DNA of 32,785 nt from contig JAHIVM010000016.1 in the NCBI GenBank assembly GCA_018816665.1, positions 1-32,785 of the forward strand, read 5' to 3'. The DNA comes from Candidatus Zixiibacteriota bacterium. Lineage in GTDB: Bacteria; Zixibacteria; MSB-5A5; GN15; FEB-12. Position numbers and translations under genes: made by a program. How positions within the stretch are numbered: the first letter of the stretch is position 1; every line of letters starts with the position of its first letter. Of the stretch, positions 1 through 7,227 are shown piece by piece. The notes beneath the pieces were generated by a model. That model had not been told where the DNA came from, did no database searches, and saw nothing but the letters and a program-made list of their open reading frames with translations.

Positions 1-1600
1 CCCCGTGCAGATAGATGGCCTCCGGGTGCAGGAAAATGGGGGCTGAGAAATAATCGACTTCGCCGATTACTTCCGCATTATTCGACTCGTTCAAGATGAC
101 AAAATTGTCCGGTGAGGCGGACCTGAGTGATACTTGCTGAGCAGGGTAAATCTCCGATGACCAGTGGTAGCGATCGCCGGTGCGACGAAGCACGTGTTCG
201 CCGGCCAGGTAATCGAGGATACCACTCGTGTTCGGGTCGTGCTCAAATTCTTCTCGAGAAAAGGGCAACTCAAAGGCGGCACACTTGAGATGGTTGGTTT
301 TTATGATCAGATTGTCCGGATCAATAATACCGGCTTCAGGGTTGCGCGCCACGACATACTCGGGCTCCGAGCACAGGAATTGATTGATCGCCGATGAGTT
401 CGCTACTAGAATGGTCAGTGAGTGACTGGACCGTCGCCCGGCCCGTCCGGCCTGCTGCCAGAGCGAGGCAATGGACCCGGGATACCCGACGATTATAGAG
501 ACATCGAGAGAGCCGATGTCAACACCGAGTTCAAGAGCGTTGGTTGATACCACGCCCGTGATCTTGCCGGATCGCAGGCCGCGCTCGATATTGCGACGTT
601 CATTCGGCAAATAGCCGCCCCGATACCCGGCTATTTTGATGCCCTGCCCGAAATCTCCCTTCAGTTCCCGCTGCAGGTAGGTGAGGAGGACCTCGACGTA
701 CAACCGGAAGTGCGCAAATACGATCGTTTGGATTCTTTGGCGAAGAAACAGCGAGGCCAGCCGGGCCGCCTCGCGGATGGCCGACTTCCGAATCCCGAGC
801 TGGGGATTGACTACCGGCGGATTGTACATGACGAAGTGTTTCTCACCCGACGGTGCGCCGTTGTTGTCGATGAGGGTGAGCGGTCGCCCGATAATGCGCT
901 GGGCCAGTTCCCCCGGATTGGCAATGGTGGCCGAACAACAGATGAACTGCGGACGAGAACCGTAAAACTCACAGATTCGCAGGAGTCGTTTTACCACATT
1001 GGCCAGATGGGAACCAAAAACGCCCCGATAATGATGGATCTCATCAATGACAATATACTTGAGATTTTCGAACAGTTTTATCCACTTGGTGTGATGGGGA
1101 AGAATGCCGGCATGCAGCATATCGGGGTTGCTGACCACAATGTGACCGGCCGAGCGGATGAGCCGCCGGGCTGTCTGCGGCGTATCGCCGTCGAAGGTGT
1201 ACGTTTTGATGTCGACATCAAGCCGTGTGATAAGGTCGTGCAGTTCGGAAAGCTGATCCTGCGACAATGCTTTGGTGGGGAAAAGATACAGCGCCCGCGA
1301 GTCCGGATTGTTGAGGACCTCATTGATTACCGGAATATTGTAACACAGGGTTTTCCCGGATGCGGTCGGGGTAACAACAACAACGTCGCGGCCCGCCAGC
1401 ACAGCCGAGATCGTATCCACCTGGTGCGTGTAGAGCTGTTTGATGCCTTTGCGCTGCAGCGTGGCCAGCAAGCGGTCGTCGAGACCGTCGGGAAACTCTC
1501 CGTACGAGGCCTCCCGGGGCGGATAGACCTGCCAGTGGGCAATGTTCGGGCTGATACGGGGTTCCGTCTTCAGATAGTCAATGAGTTGTTCGAGGTTCAT
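1..1600 (-). CDS. ATP-dependent DExH-box helicase, YprA/MrfA-like. Only the first 533 codons are present; the 3' end runs off the left edge of the window.
   Basis: Absent from the ORF track because no stop codon lies in the window. Reverse translation from the ATG at 1600-1598 reads through to position 2 without a stop (MNLEQLIDYLKTEP...). Motifs seen: Walker A TPTASGKT, DExH IDEIHHY, SAT (CSATI), motif VI QQAGRAGRR, and a distal ...VDYFSAPIFLHPEAIYLHG segment typical of the region before the DUF1998 module in this family. Confidence 0.85.
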   Translation of the reverse strand, partial: MNLEQLIDYLKTEPRISPNIAHWQVYPPREASYGEFPDGLDDRLLATLQRKGIKQLYTHQVDTISAVLAGRDVVVVTPTASGKTLCYNIPVINEVLNNPDSRALYLFPTKALSQDQLSELHDLITRLDVDIKTYTFDGDTPQTARRLIRSAGHIVVSNPDMLHAGILPHHTKWIKLFENLKYIVIDEIHHYRGVFGSHLANVVKRLLRICEFYGSRPQFICCSATIANPGELAQRIIGRPLTLIDNNGAPSGEKHFVMYNPPVVNPQLGIRKSAIREAARLASLFLRQRIQTIVFAHFRLYVEVLLTYLQRELKGDFGQGIKIAGYRGGYLPNERRNIERGLRSGKITGVVSTNALELGVDIGSLDVSIIVGYPGSIASLWQQAGRAGRRSSHSLTILVANSSAINQFLCSEPEYVVARNPEAGIIDPDNLIIKTNHLKCAAFELPFSREEFEHDPNTSGILDYLAGEHVLRRTGDRYHWSSEIYPAQQVSLRSASPDNFVILNESNNAEVIGEVDYFSAPIFLHPEAIYLHG

Positions 1601-1625
1601 GGCTGTTCCGGTCCGCAGGACCGGT

Positions 1626-2168
1626 TCATATCTGGCGGGTCAGGGCCCGCCGGCAGATATCACAGAACCGGTCGGATTTGTTGTCGATATCAAGCATCAT
1701 CTGGCTGAAGTAGTTCACACACTTCGCATTGCGGCATTCACCGAGATCAAACAGATGACCCGTGCGGTGGATCGTCTCTTTCAGCAGACGGGGATAGACC
1801 TTGCTGTCGTCCTCGGGCAGGCCGTAAAACTCCTGCCGCAGCCGATACAGGGATATCACCGCCGAGCCGGTAACCGCATCATCCCAGCCGATGATGTACG
1901 CTTCCTCCGGTACATAGAGGTCTTCCTCGCAGATGGCAATCACTTTCTCCCGGGGATTGGCCTTGGTTCGTTCCAGTTTGGTTGCGATGACCTGAGCGTA
2001 GTATTGATTGCGGATGACGTTGTATGCTTCCTTGGGCATTTTCATGCCTTTGAGAATATCTACCGAGCGTGTGAAGGCCGGTCCGAGGGCACTGGCCAGA
2101 CGGTTGACCATGACAAAATCAACCTCGCCCAGGGGAACAACAACAATCTTGGATTTTAGCAGTGCCAA
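1626..2168 (-). CDS. Archaemetzincin-like (peptidase M54 fold) protein with a degenerate active-site motif
   Basis: 180 aa, TTG start. Family-typical blocks: VVVPLGEVD, RNQYYAQ, EEDLYVPEEAYIIGWDD..GSAVISLYRL. The motif region reads KETIHRTGHLFDLGEC-x4-C ... CDIC where the family has HExxHxxGxxHC-x4-C...CxxC. Confidence 0.75.
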   Translation of the reverse strand: MALLKSKIVVVPLGEVDFVMVNRLASALGPAFTRSVDILKGMKMPKEAYNVIRNQYYAQVIATKLERTKANPREKVIAICEEDLYVPEEAYIIGWDDAVTGSAVISLYRLRQEFYGLPEDDSKVYPRLLKETIHRTGHLFDLGECRNAKCVNYFSQMMLDIDNKSDRFCDICRRALTRQI

Positions 2169-2183
2169 AGGGAAGTCTGTCTT

Positions 2184-2435
2184 TCACTCTGAAGTAAAAA
2201 AAGGATTCTTACTGCCGGTAGGGCTGACCCGGATTTCGGTCCTGGCTGAACAACGGGGACACCAGCCGACAAAGGCCGTTTTTGCCCGGTTCAGGTAAAT
2301 ACGCTGGTATATGTTGCAGCACTTGAAGTGAACACCCACAAAAGGCCGCTTTTTTTTCTGCTGTTCTTCCGGCATAGGCCGAAAATACGACTCATTTGTG
2401 GCCCGCGCAAAGGCAAAAAGACACCGAAAGGTCAT
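2184..2435 (-). CDS. Small Cys-rich hypothetical protein (CC ... CPRC). It is 83 aa from the ATG overlapping the deoC stop; an alternative ATG at 2375 gives 63 aa.
   Basis: The ORF-track entry 2184..2519 extends into deoC. The ATG at 2435-2433 forms ATGA with the deoC stop, and GGAG lies about 9 nt upstream. The sequence ...RPFVGVHFKCCNIYQRIYLNRAKTAFVGWCPRCSARTEIRV... looks like a zinc-ribbon. Confidence 0.5.
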   Translation of the reverse strand: MTFRCLFAFARATNESYFRPMPEEQQKKKRPFVGVHFKCCNIYQRIYLNRAKTAFVGWCPRCSARTEIRVSPTGSKNPFFTSE

Positions 2436-3106
2436 TCGCTCGTCTCCAGCTGGTGCATTATTGCTACACACGATGATGACCCCAGGCGCGTTGCTCCCAG
2501 TCCGAGCAGGGTGCGGCAATCCGCCAGCGTACGAATGCCGCCCGAGGCCTTGACCTCGATCTGTCCGTCTGCTGCCCGGACCAGGGTTGCCACCTGATCG
2601 GGAGTGGCACCGCCGAAAAAACCGGTGGACGTTTTGACAAACTGGGCGCCGCCATGTACAACCGCCCGGGTGGCATCGATTTGCAAAGGCTCAGTCAATT
2701 TGGGTGCTTCGACTATCACTTTGAGAACGACGTCTGGCGGCAACTCCTGTCGCAGCGCGTGGATTTCCGTTTCCACCCGGGCGATCTCACCCGAGATCAG
2801 CCAGCCGATATTGGCCACCATGTCAATCTCGGAGGCACCGTCGCCTACCGCTCTGACCGCCTCAGCCACCTTTATCTCCGTTCGGGATGCTCCGAGCGGA
2901 AAGCCGGCTACCGACAGCACGCCGGTAGTACTGCCGTCCAGGATACCCGCAGCCAGAGACACCCACACCGGATTGATCGCAACCGTGCGGAAGTCAAACG
3001 CCAGAGCATCGGCGCACAGGGCCTCTACAGTATTAGCGGTTACTTCGGGAGCAAGTGCCGAATGGTCGAAACGACGATTGAGATGGGCACAGATGTTTTC
3101 GCTCAC
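2432..3106 (-). CDS. deoC: Deoxyribose-phosphate aldolase
   Basis: 224 aa with DeoC blocks: GFPLGASRTEIKVAEA, ASEIDMVANIG, LKVIVE, the Schiff-base lysine context FVKTSTGF, and KASGGIRT. Confidence 0.9.
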   Translation of the reverse strand: MSENICAHLNRRFDHSALAPEVTANTVEALCADALAFDFRTVAINPVWVSLAAGILDGSTTGVLSVAGFPLGASRTEIKVAEAVRAVGDGASEIDMVANIGWLISGEIARVETEIHALRQELPPDVVLKVIVEAPKLTEPLQIDATRAVVHGGAQFVKTSTGFFGGATPDQVATLVRAADGQIEVKASGGIRTLADCRTLLGLGATRLGSSSCVAIMHQLETSE

Positions 3107-3182
3107 GGGGTCTTTCCTCCGGGGCTTGATGAGTTCCGGCTACATACAGGCATAAGGTGGGGTGAGTAGCGGCACGGTACAA

Positions 3183-3210
3183 CAAAAAAGCCCCCGTCGT
3201 GTGCGGGGGC
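3183..3210 (-). terminator. Intrinsic terminator after the lipoprotein gene
   Basis: On the minus strand, GCCCCCG (3210-3204) pairs with CGGGGGC (3196-3190) around a 7-nt loop, followed by TTTTTTG (3189-3183). Confidence 0.7.
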
Positions 3211-3234
3211 TTTGGACATCACATCTGGACGGCC

Positions 3235-4107
3235 TCAGTTTTGGGCAACCCTCTGAAGCTGGTAATCGACATCGTATTCGACAGCGATGCGGGTCGCGGA
3301 GGTGTCGCCGGTTTTGAGAACCAGGTAGTTTCGGTTGCCGTCGAGAATCCATCGTTCCTTCTGACGGACGACATGGCCTTCAGTGTAGGCGAAGTAAATG
3401 TGTCCGGTTGAGGTGATATTGTCTCGGCCGCCGAGGAACTCGTACGTTCGGTTTACCTGTTCTTTCGGGGGCATTTCTTCCCGACTGGCTTCAATCGGCA
3501 GGACCATGTTGGCCCGGTACCCGATGATCACACAATCATAGCCCTGTTCGCGGGCAAATGATTTGATCTCGAACGTGGTGGTTGCCTCGACCGGTCCTTC
3601 AGCCAGTTGCACGGCCGTGGTTTGAGTCCATTGATATCCCTGACCGTGAGCACCCGCCGGGAAGACCGGCAGGCCCTGGTCCAGGTAGCTTTTGACGTAC
3701 CGGGTGGCCGGTTCAGATCCGAAATCAACATCCGTGATCTTGCCGTTCGGCATGATGTACAGGATGAGTTCTTTGCGCTCCCGGGTGGAATCGGTGATCG
3801 CGGTATCGAGGTTGCTCACCGACTGCACCCGATAGGTCATTGACTCGGTGATTCTTGCCGCGCTGTCATCACGCAGACTGTCAACCGCCCACAGCAAATC
3901 CTTGGTGATTTCGTTGGACATATCCTGCGCGAGACTGTCTCCGTAAAAGACTTTGTACGAGCCCCGGGACAACTCGGTATAATGCAGGTTCATCCCCGGT
4001 TTGAACTTGAACCGGATTTCAACTCTCTTGTCGGCAACGTCACAACCTGCACCAAGCAGGGCGGCAACGAGCAACAAGATCGCGACTGGCGTCAGCGTCT
4101 TTTTCAC
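3235..4107 (-). CDS. Lipoprotein of unknown function
   Basis: 290 aa. The N-terminus MKKTLTPVAILLLVAALLGAGC carries a lipobox (LLGAGC). It starts 36 nt downstream of the anti-sigma gene. I recognise no family. Confidence 0.75.
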   Translation of the reverse strand: MKKTLTPVAILLLVAALLGAGCDVADKRVEIRFKFKPGMNLHYTELSRGSYKVFYGDSLAQDMSNEITKDLLWAVDSLRDDSAARITESMTYRVQSVSNLDTAITDSTRERKELILYIMPNGKITDVDFGSEPATRYVKSYLDQGLPVFPAGAHGQGYQWTQTTAVQLAEGPVEATTTFEIKSFAREQGYDCVIIGYRANMVLPIEASREEMPPKEQVNRTYEFLGGRDNITSTGHIYFAYTEGHVVRQKERWILDGNRNYLVLKTGDTSATRIAVEYDVDYQLQRVAQN

Positions 4108-4143
4108 TTTGATCCTCTAATCCCTGGTCTAGGCGACGTCGAT

Positions 4144-4713
4144 TCATTCAACGCCGGTCAAGTCGGACAGGTCGGTCAGCCGGCCCATCATTCCGGGCGG
4201 GCCCATGATGGTCAGGCAGCCGGTCAGGCGCTGCTGATCCTCGGGGGTCCACATGGTTTCCTCGGAATCGGAATTGATGAGCGCCACCATCGATGATGTC
4301 TCGATCATGGCCTGCTCGGTCATGGCAATCCGGTCGGCCTGCGATTCGTGGGTCTCGCCCAGAAACAGAGCCATGAACAGGATAGCCAGCGACGCGGCAA
4401 CCGAGAGAGTGGCCCTGGTCAGGGAACTGTCGAACAGACCGGGGCGAGCGGCCGGGCCGGGCTCCCGGAAGTATTCCGAGGTCGACCGGACAGACCGCGC
4501 CAGGATGAGATCGGTGACCTCATCCCAGTAACCGGGATCGGGATCGGGAACAGTCGGCGTGGAAAGCAGTTGTTTCAGCGCGAGAGTGCTTGTGTACTCC
4601 TCGCGGCAGATGTCGCACGACTTCAGATGCTCGCGGGCTTGCGCCACCTGCGAGGGGTCGAGCTCATTGTCGGCAAAGCTTTCCAGCAACGACTGAAAGG
4701 TGCGGCATGTCAT
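4144..4713 (-). CDS. Anti-sigma factor, zf-HC2 type, single-pass membrane protein
   Basis: The N-terminus carries H-x3-C-x2-C (EHLKSCDIC). One hydrophobic segment is present (ATLSVAASLAILFMALFLG). It lies 10 nt downstream of an ECF sigma gene. Confidence 0.8.
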   Translation of the reverse strand: MTCRTFQSLLESFADNELDPSQVAQAREHLKSCDICREEYTSTLALKQLLSTPTVPDPDPGYWDEVTDLILARSVRSTSEYFREPGPAARPGLFDSSLTRATLSVAASLAILFMALFLGETHESQADRIAMTEQAMIETSSMVALINSDSEETMWTPEDQQRLTGCLTIMGPPGMMGRLTDLSDLTGVE

Positions 4714-4723
4714 TTTTACTCCT

Positions 4724-5290
4724 TCAGCTGAGTCGCTTCTTCAGGATCTTCTTTAGCTTGGTCCTGGCTATGTGAAGATTGGATCTGACGGTTGCCTCGG
4801 GACACTCAAGAATCTCGGCTATTTCCGGTTTTGAGTACCCCTCCACATCGTGAAGCAGAGCGGTGATCTTCTGCCTCGGCGGGAGGGTGTCCAGAGCCCG
4901 TCGAATCTCCTCCATCAGTCTTTTGTTTTCAAAGTCCTCGCGGGGAGTTGACACGTTTTTCGACAACTCCACCTGGACGTCACCCGGCATCAGGGTCGGG
5001 TCACTGGATACTTGATTATGGCCTCTGCGCTTGCGTACCAGGTCGATCGAATAGTTGGTGGCTATTCGGATCACAAACGACGTGAAATTCGTTACCCTGG
5101 CCAGGTCCTTTCGCTTCCGATAAACCCTTACAAATGACTCCTGTACTACCTCATCGGCATCCAGATGATTGCCCAGTATCTGGTAAGCCAGATGGTATAT
5201 CTTCTTCTGATACCTGCTTACCAGTTCGGCAAAGGCATCGGAGTCACCCTCGGTGAATCGCTTCACCAGTTCGGGAATGGTCTCAGTCAT
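4724..5290 (-). CDS. ECF-type RNA polymerase sigma-70 family factor
   Basis: 188 aa. Region 2 reads DADEVVQESFVRVYRK...FTSFVIRIATNYSIDLVRKRR. Region 4 reads LPPRQKITALLHDVEGYSKPEIAEILECPEATVRSNLHIARTKL. Confidence 0.9.
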   Translation of the reverse strand: MTETIPELVKRFTEGDSDAFAELVSRYQKKIYHLAYQILGNHLDADEVVQESFVRVYRKRKDLARVTNFTSFVIRIATNYSIDLVRKRRGHNQVSSDPTLMPGDVQVELSKNVSTPREDFENKRLMEEIRRALDTLPPRQKITALLHDVEGYSKPEIAEILECPEATVRSNLHIARTKLKKILKKRLS

Positions 5291-5361
5291 AGCCCGAACA
5301 CACTTGCATCACAATAGATAGACGTAGTATCCATAGTTCTGTGCAAAATAAGAAAAAGCGG

Positions 5362-5409
5362 TTGACGGATCATTGAGGAAACAGTATGGTTACCGCTGAT
5401 TCTTGTCAA
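5362..5409. promoter_or_regulatory. Back-to-back sigma70-like promoter pair in the divergent sigma/MFS intergenic region
   Basis: Plus strand: TTGACG (5362-5367), 17-nt spacer, TATGGT (5385-5390). Minus strand: TTGACA (5409-5404), 17-nt spacer, TACTGT (5386-5381). The two -10 hexamers overlap by 2 bp. Confidence 0.35.
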
Positions 5410-5447
5410 TCTTTTTTTGTTCAACGACTTAGAGGTGTTGATTAAAC

Positions 5448-6857
5448 ATGTCTCTCGAGCAGATCCAGGCCCGCAAATACAGGTTTTTTACGGTCGGGGC
5501 AATTGGCACGTTTATGGCCACTCTCGACGGCTCCATCCTCAATGTCGCACTGCCCTCAATCGCCCGGGATTTTGGGGCAACCATTGACATGGTGGCCTGG
5601 GTTGTCCTCGCTTATGCGCTGACATTGATATCCCTGATGTTGCCGTTCGGAGCCTGGATTGAGAACCGGGGCTATGGATTTGCCTACAAATTCGGCTACG
5701 TGTTTTTTCTGGCCGGGTCGATTCTCTGTGCCTTCAGCGACACCATTTACATGCTGATAGGGGCCCGGGTACTCCAGGCGGTCGGATCGGCCATGTTTTC
5801 TGCCGTCGGCCCAGGTATGGTGACCACCGTGTTTCCGGAAAGGGAACGGGGGAAGGGCCTGGGTATGATGGTCATGATGGTCTCGGCCGGCTTCATGGTG
5901 GGACCGCCGCTGGGGGGATACATTCTCGGCATCTGGTCCTGGCACGGCATTTTCCTCGTAAATGTGCCTATCGGCTTGTTCGGGCTGTACATGGCGCACC
6001 GGTACTTCCGTCTGCTGCAGCCTCCGAAGGCGCATCGTCGCATTCCACTGGCGGCCGCCGTTAGTATTTCTCTGGCCCTGGTTACCGGAGTGTTTGCCCT
6101 GTCGCTGATAGACAACTACCCGTTGAGCGACCCTCGCATCTGGGGATTGGCGCTGGTGTCGCTGGCCTTCGGGGGCCTGTTTCTCCGGCAGGAGGGAAGG
6201 CCCGAAAGCGCCCTTATCGGACTGGCGATATTTCGCAACCGCCAGTTCACTTCGGCCACAGTGGCGCAACTGGCACATTTTGTGTCGCTGTCCGGCGTGT
6301 TGATTCTGATCCCCTTTTACCTGGAACAAGTGAAAGGGTTGCCACCCAGCAGAGTCGGGTTGTTTCTACTTATCCTGCCGGTCCTGATGCTGATTCTTGC
6401 TCCGACTGCCGGACGGCTCTCAGACAAGATCGGCTTTCGGGCCCTTACCAGTGCGGGCATGATTGTGCTGGCTGCCGGGCTCTGGATGTTGTCGCAGGTA
6501 ACGCCGCAGTCTGACCTTTCTCATGTGGTATACTCGTTGATAGTTGTGGGCGTGGGCGTGGGGTTATTCAGCACCCCCAATTCCTCGGCCTTCATGGGGT
6601 CCGTGAGCGCCAAACAGCGGGCGGTGGCATCGGGCATACTGGCCACGAACAGGAATATTGGGATGTCGGTCGGAATTGCTCTGGCAACCACGCTGTTCGC
6701 GTTTTTTCAACAACGGTACGCGGGGTTGGGTGATGAAAACCTGATCTTCACTAGCAGTTACCGATCCGTCATCTTTGTCAGTATGGCCTACGCCGGCATC
6801 GGACTGCTGTTCTGTCTGATGCGGGAAAACCGCACAAAAGAGGCGGCTGAGGCCTGA
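5448..6857 (+). CDS. MFS transporter, 14-TMS DHA2 (EmrB/QacA-like) type
   Basis: 469 aa, hydrophobic throughout, with about 14 predicted helices. MFS-type loops are present (GRLSDKIGFRAL). N-terminus: FFTVGAIGTFMATLDGSILNVALPSIARDF. Confidence 0.85.
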   Translation: MSLEQIQARKYRFFTVGAIGTFMATLDGSILNVALPSIARDFGATIDMVAWVVLAYALTLISLMLPFGAWIENRGYGFAYKFGYVFFLAGSILCAFSDTIYMLIGARVLQAVGSAMFSAVGPGMVTTVFPERERGKGLGMMVMMVSAGFMVGPPLGGYILGIWSWHGIFLVNVPIGLFGLYMAHRYFRLLQPPKAHRRIPLAAAVSISLALVTGVFALSLIDNYPLSDPRIWGLALVSLAFGGLFLRQEGRPESALIGLAIFRNRQFTSATVAQLAHFVSLSGVLILIPFYLEQVKGLPPSRVGLFLLILPVLMLILAPTAGRLSDKIGFRALTSAGMIVLAAGLWMLSQVTPQSDLSHVVYSLIVVGVGVGLFSTPNSSAFMGSVSAKQRAVASGILATNRNIGMSVGIALATTLFAFFQQRYAGLGDENLIFTSSYRSVIFVSMAYAGIGLLFCLMRENRTKEAAEA

Positions 6858-6945
6858 CGCCGGGGCGGTCCCCGGGAGGGGAGCGGGTGTCCGGCCGGGA
6901 GGCCTTCGGGTGCGCAAAAATCCGGTTTCCGGGCCTCAATTGGGG

Positions 6946-6974
6946 TTGACAGTCGTCGATAAGGACTTTATACT
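6946..6974 (+). promoter_or_regulatory. Near-consensus sigma70 promoter for the tRNA gene
   Basis: TTGACA (6946-6951), 17-nt spacer, TATACT (6969-6974). The tRNA 5' end lies 15 nt downstream. Confidence 0.6.
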
Positions 6975-6988
6975 AGCGAACTCTGATC

Positions 6989-7061
6989 GGGGCCATAGCT
7001 CAGCTGGGAGAGCGCTTGACTGGCAGTCAAGAGGTCGGGAGTTCGATCCTCCCTGGCTCCA
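6989..7061 (+). tRNA. tRNA-Ala, anticodon GGC
   Basis: 73-nt cloverleaf folded by hand: acceptor GGGGCCA/TGGCTCC with the Ala-identity G3:U70 wobble, D arm GCTC/GAGC, anticodon stem CTTGA/TCAAG with loop CTGGCAG, T arm GGGAG-TTCGATC-CTCCC, discriminator A. The 3' CCA is not encoded. Confidence 0.95.
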
Positions 7062-7073
7062 TAAAGCCTGAAG

Positions 7074-7103
7074 ACCCCCGCATTTGCGGGGGTTTTTCTT
7101 TTT
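7074..7103 (+). terminator. Intrinsic terminator after tRNA-Ala
   Basis: ACCCCCGC (7074-7081) pairs with GCGGGGGT (7086-7093) around the loop ATTT, followed by a T-run to 7103. Confidence 0.8.
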
Positions 7104-7227
7104 GCCGCGTGCGATTTCTGACCATACGTTTACTGGCGTCAAGGGACGAAACTATTTCCTTAGTGAAACGTACTCAGGGTATATCAGAAAAATCAGGTGG
7201 TGTCGGAATAAGTCGAGGGATGTACCG

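Noticed and set aside
710-1708. 332-aa plus-strand ORF, the only large call the track offers for the first 1.6 kb
   Set aside because: It is a shadow ORF. Its translation is Arg/Gly/Val-rich with no motifs. The opposite strand reads uninterrupted from 1600 to the window edge and carries all the helicase motifs (TPTASGKT, DEIH, SAT, QQAGRAGRR).
5556-6329. 257-aa minus-strand ORF inside the MFS transporter gene. Similar antisense ORFs lie at 7243-8901, 10928-11420, 14906-15742, 19150-19899, 21318-21923, 29136-30044 and 31199-31963.
   Set aside because: All lie opposite well-supported genes, have biased (R/G/P/H-rich) composition, and show no recognisable domains or ribosome-binding sites.
7084-7227. 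5' extension of the repeat-protein ORF (track start at 7084)
   Set aside because: The extension begins inside the tRNA terminator hairpin and T-run and encodes a non-signal leader. The ATG at 7228 gives a canonical signal peptide and has an SD-like GAGGGA.
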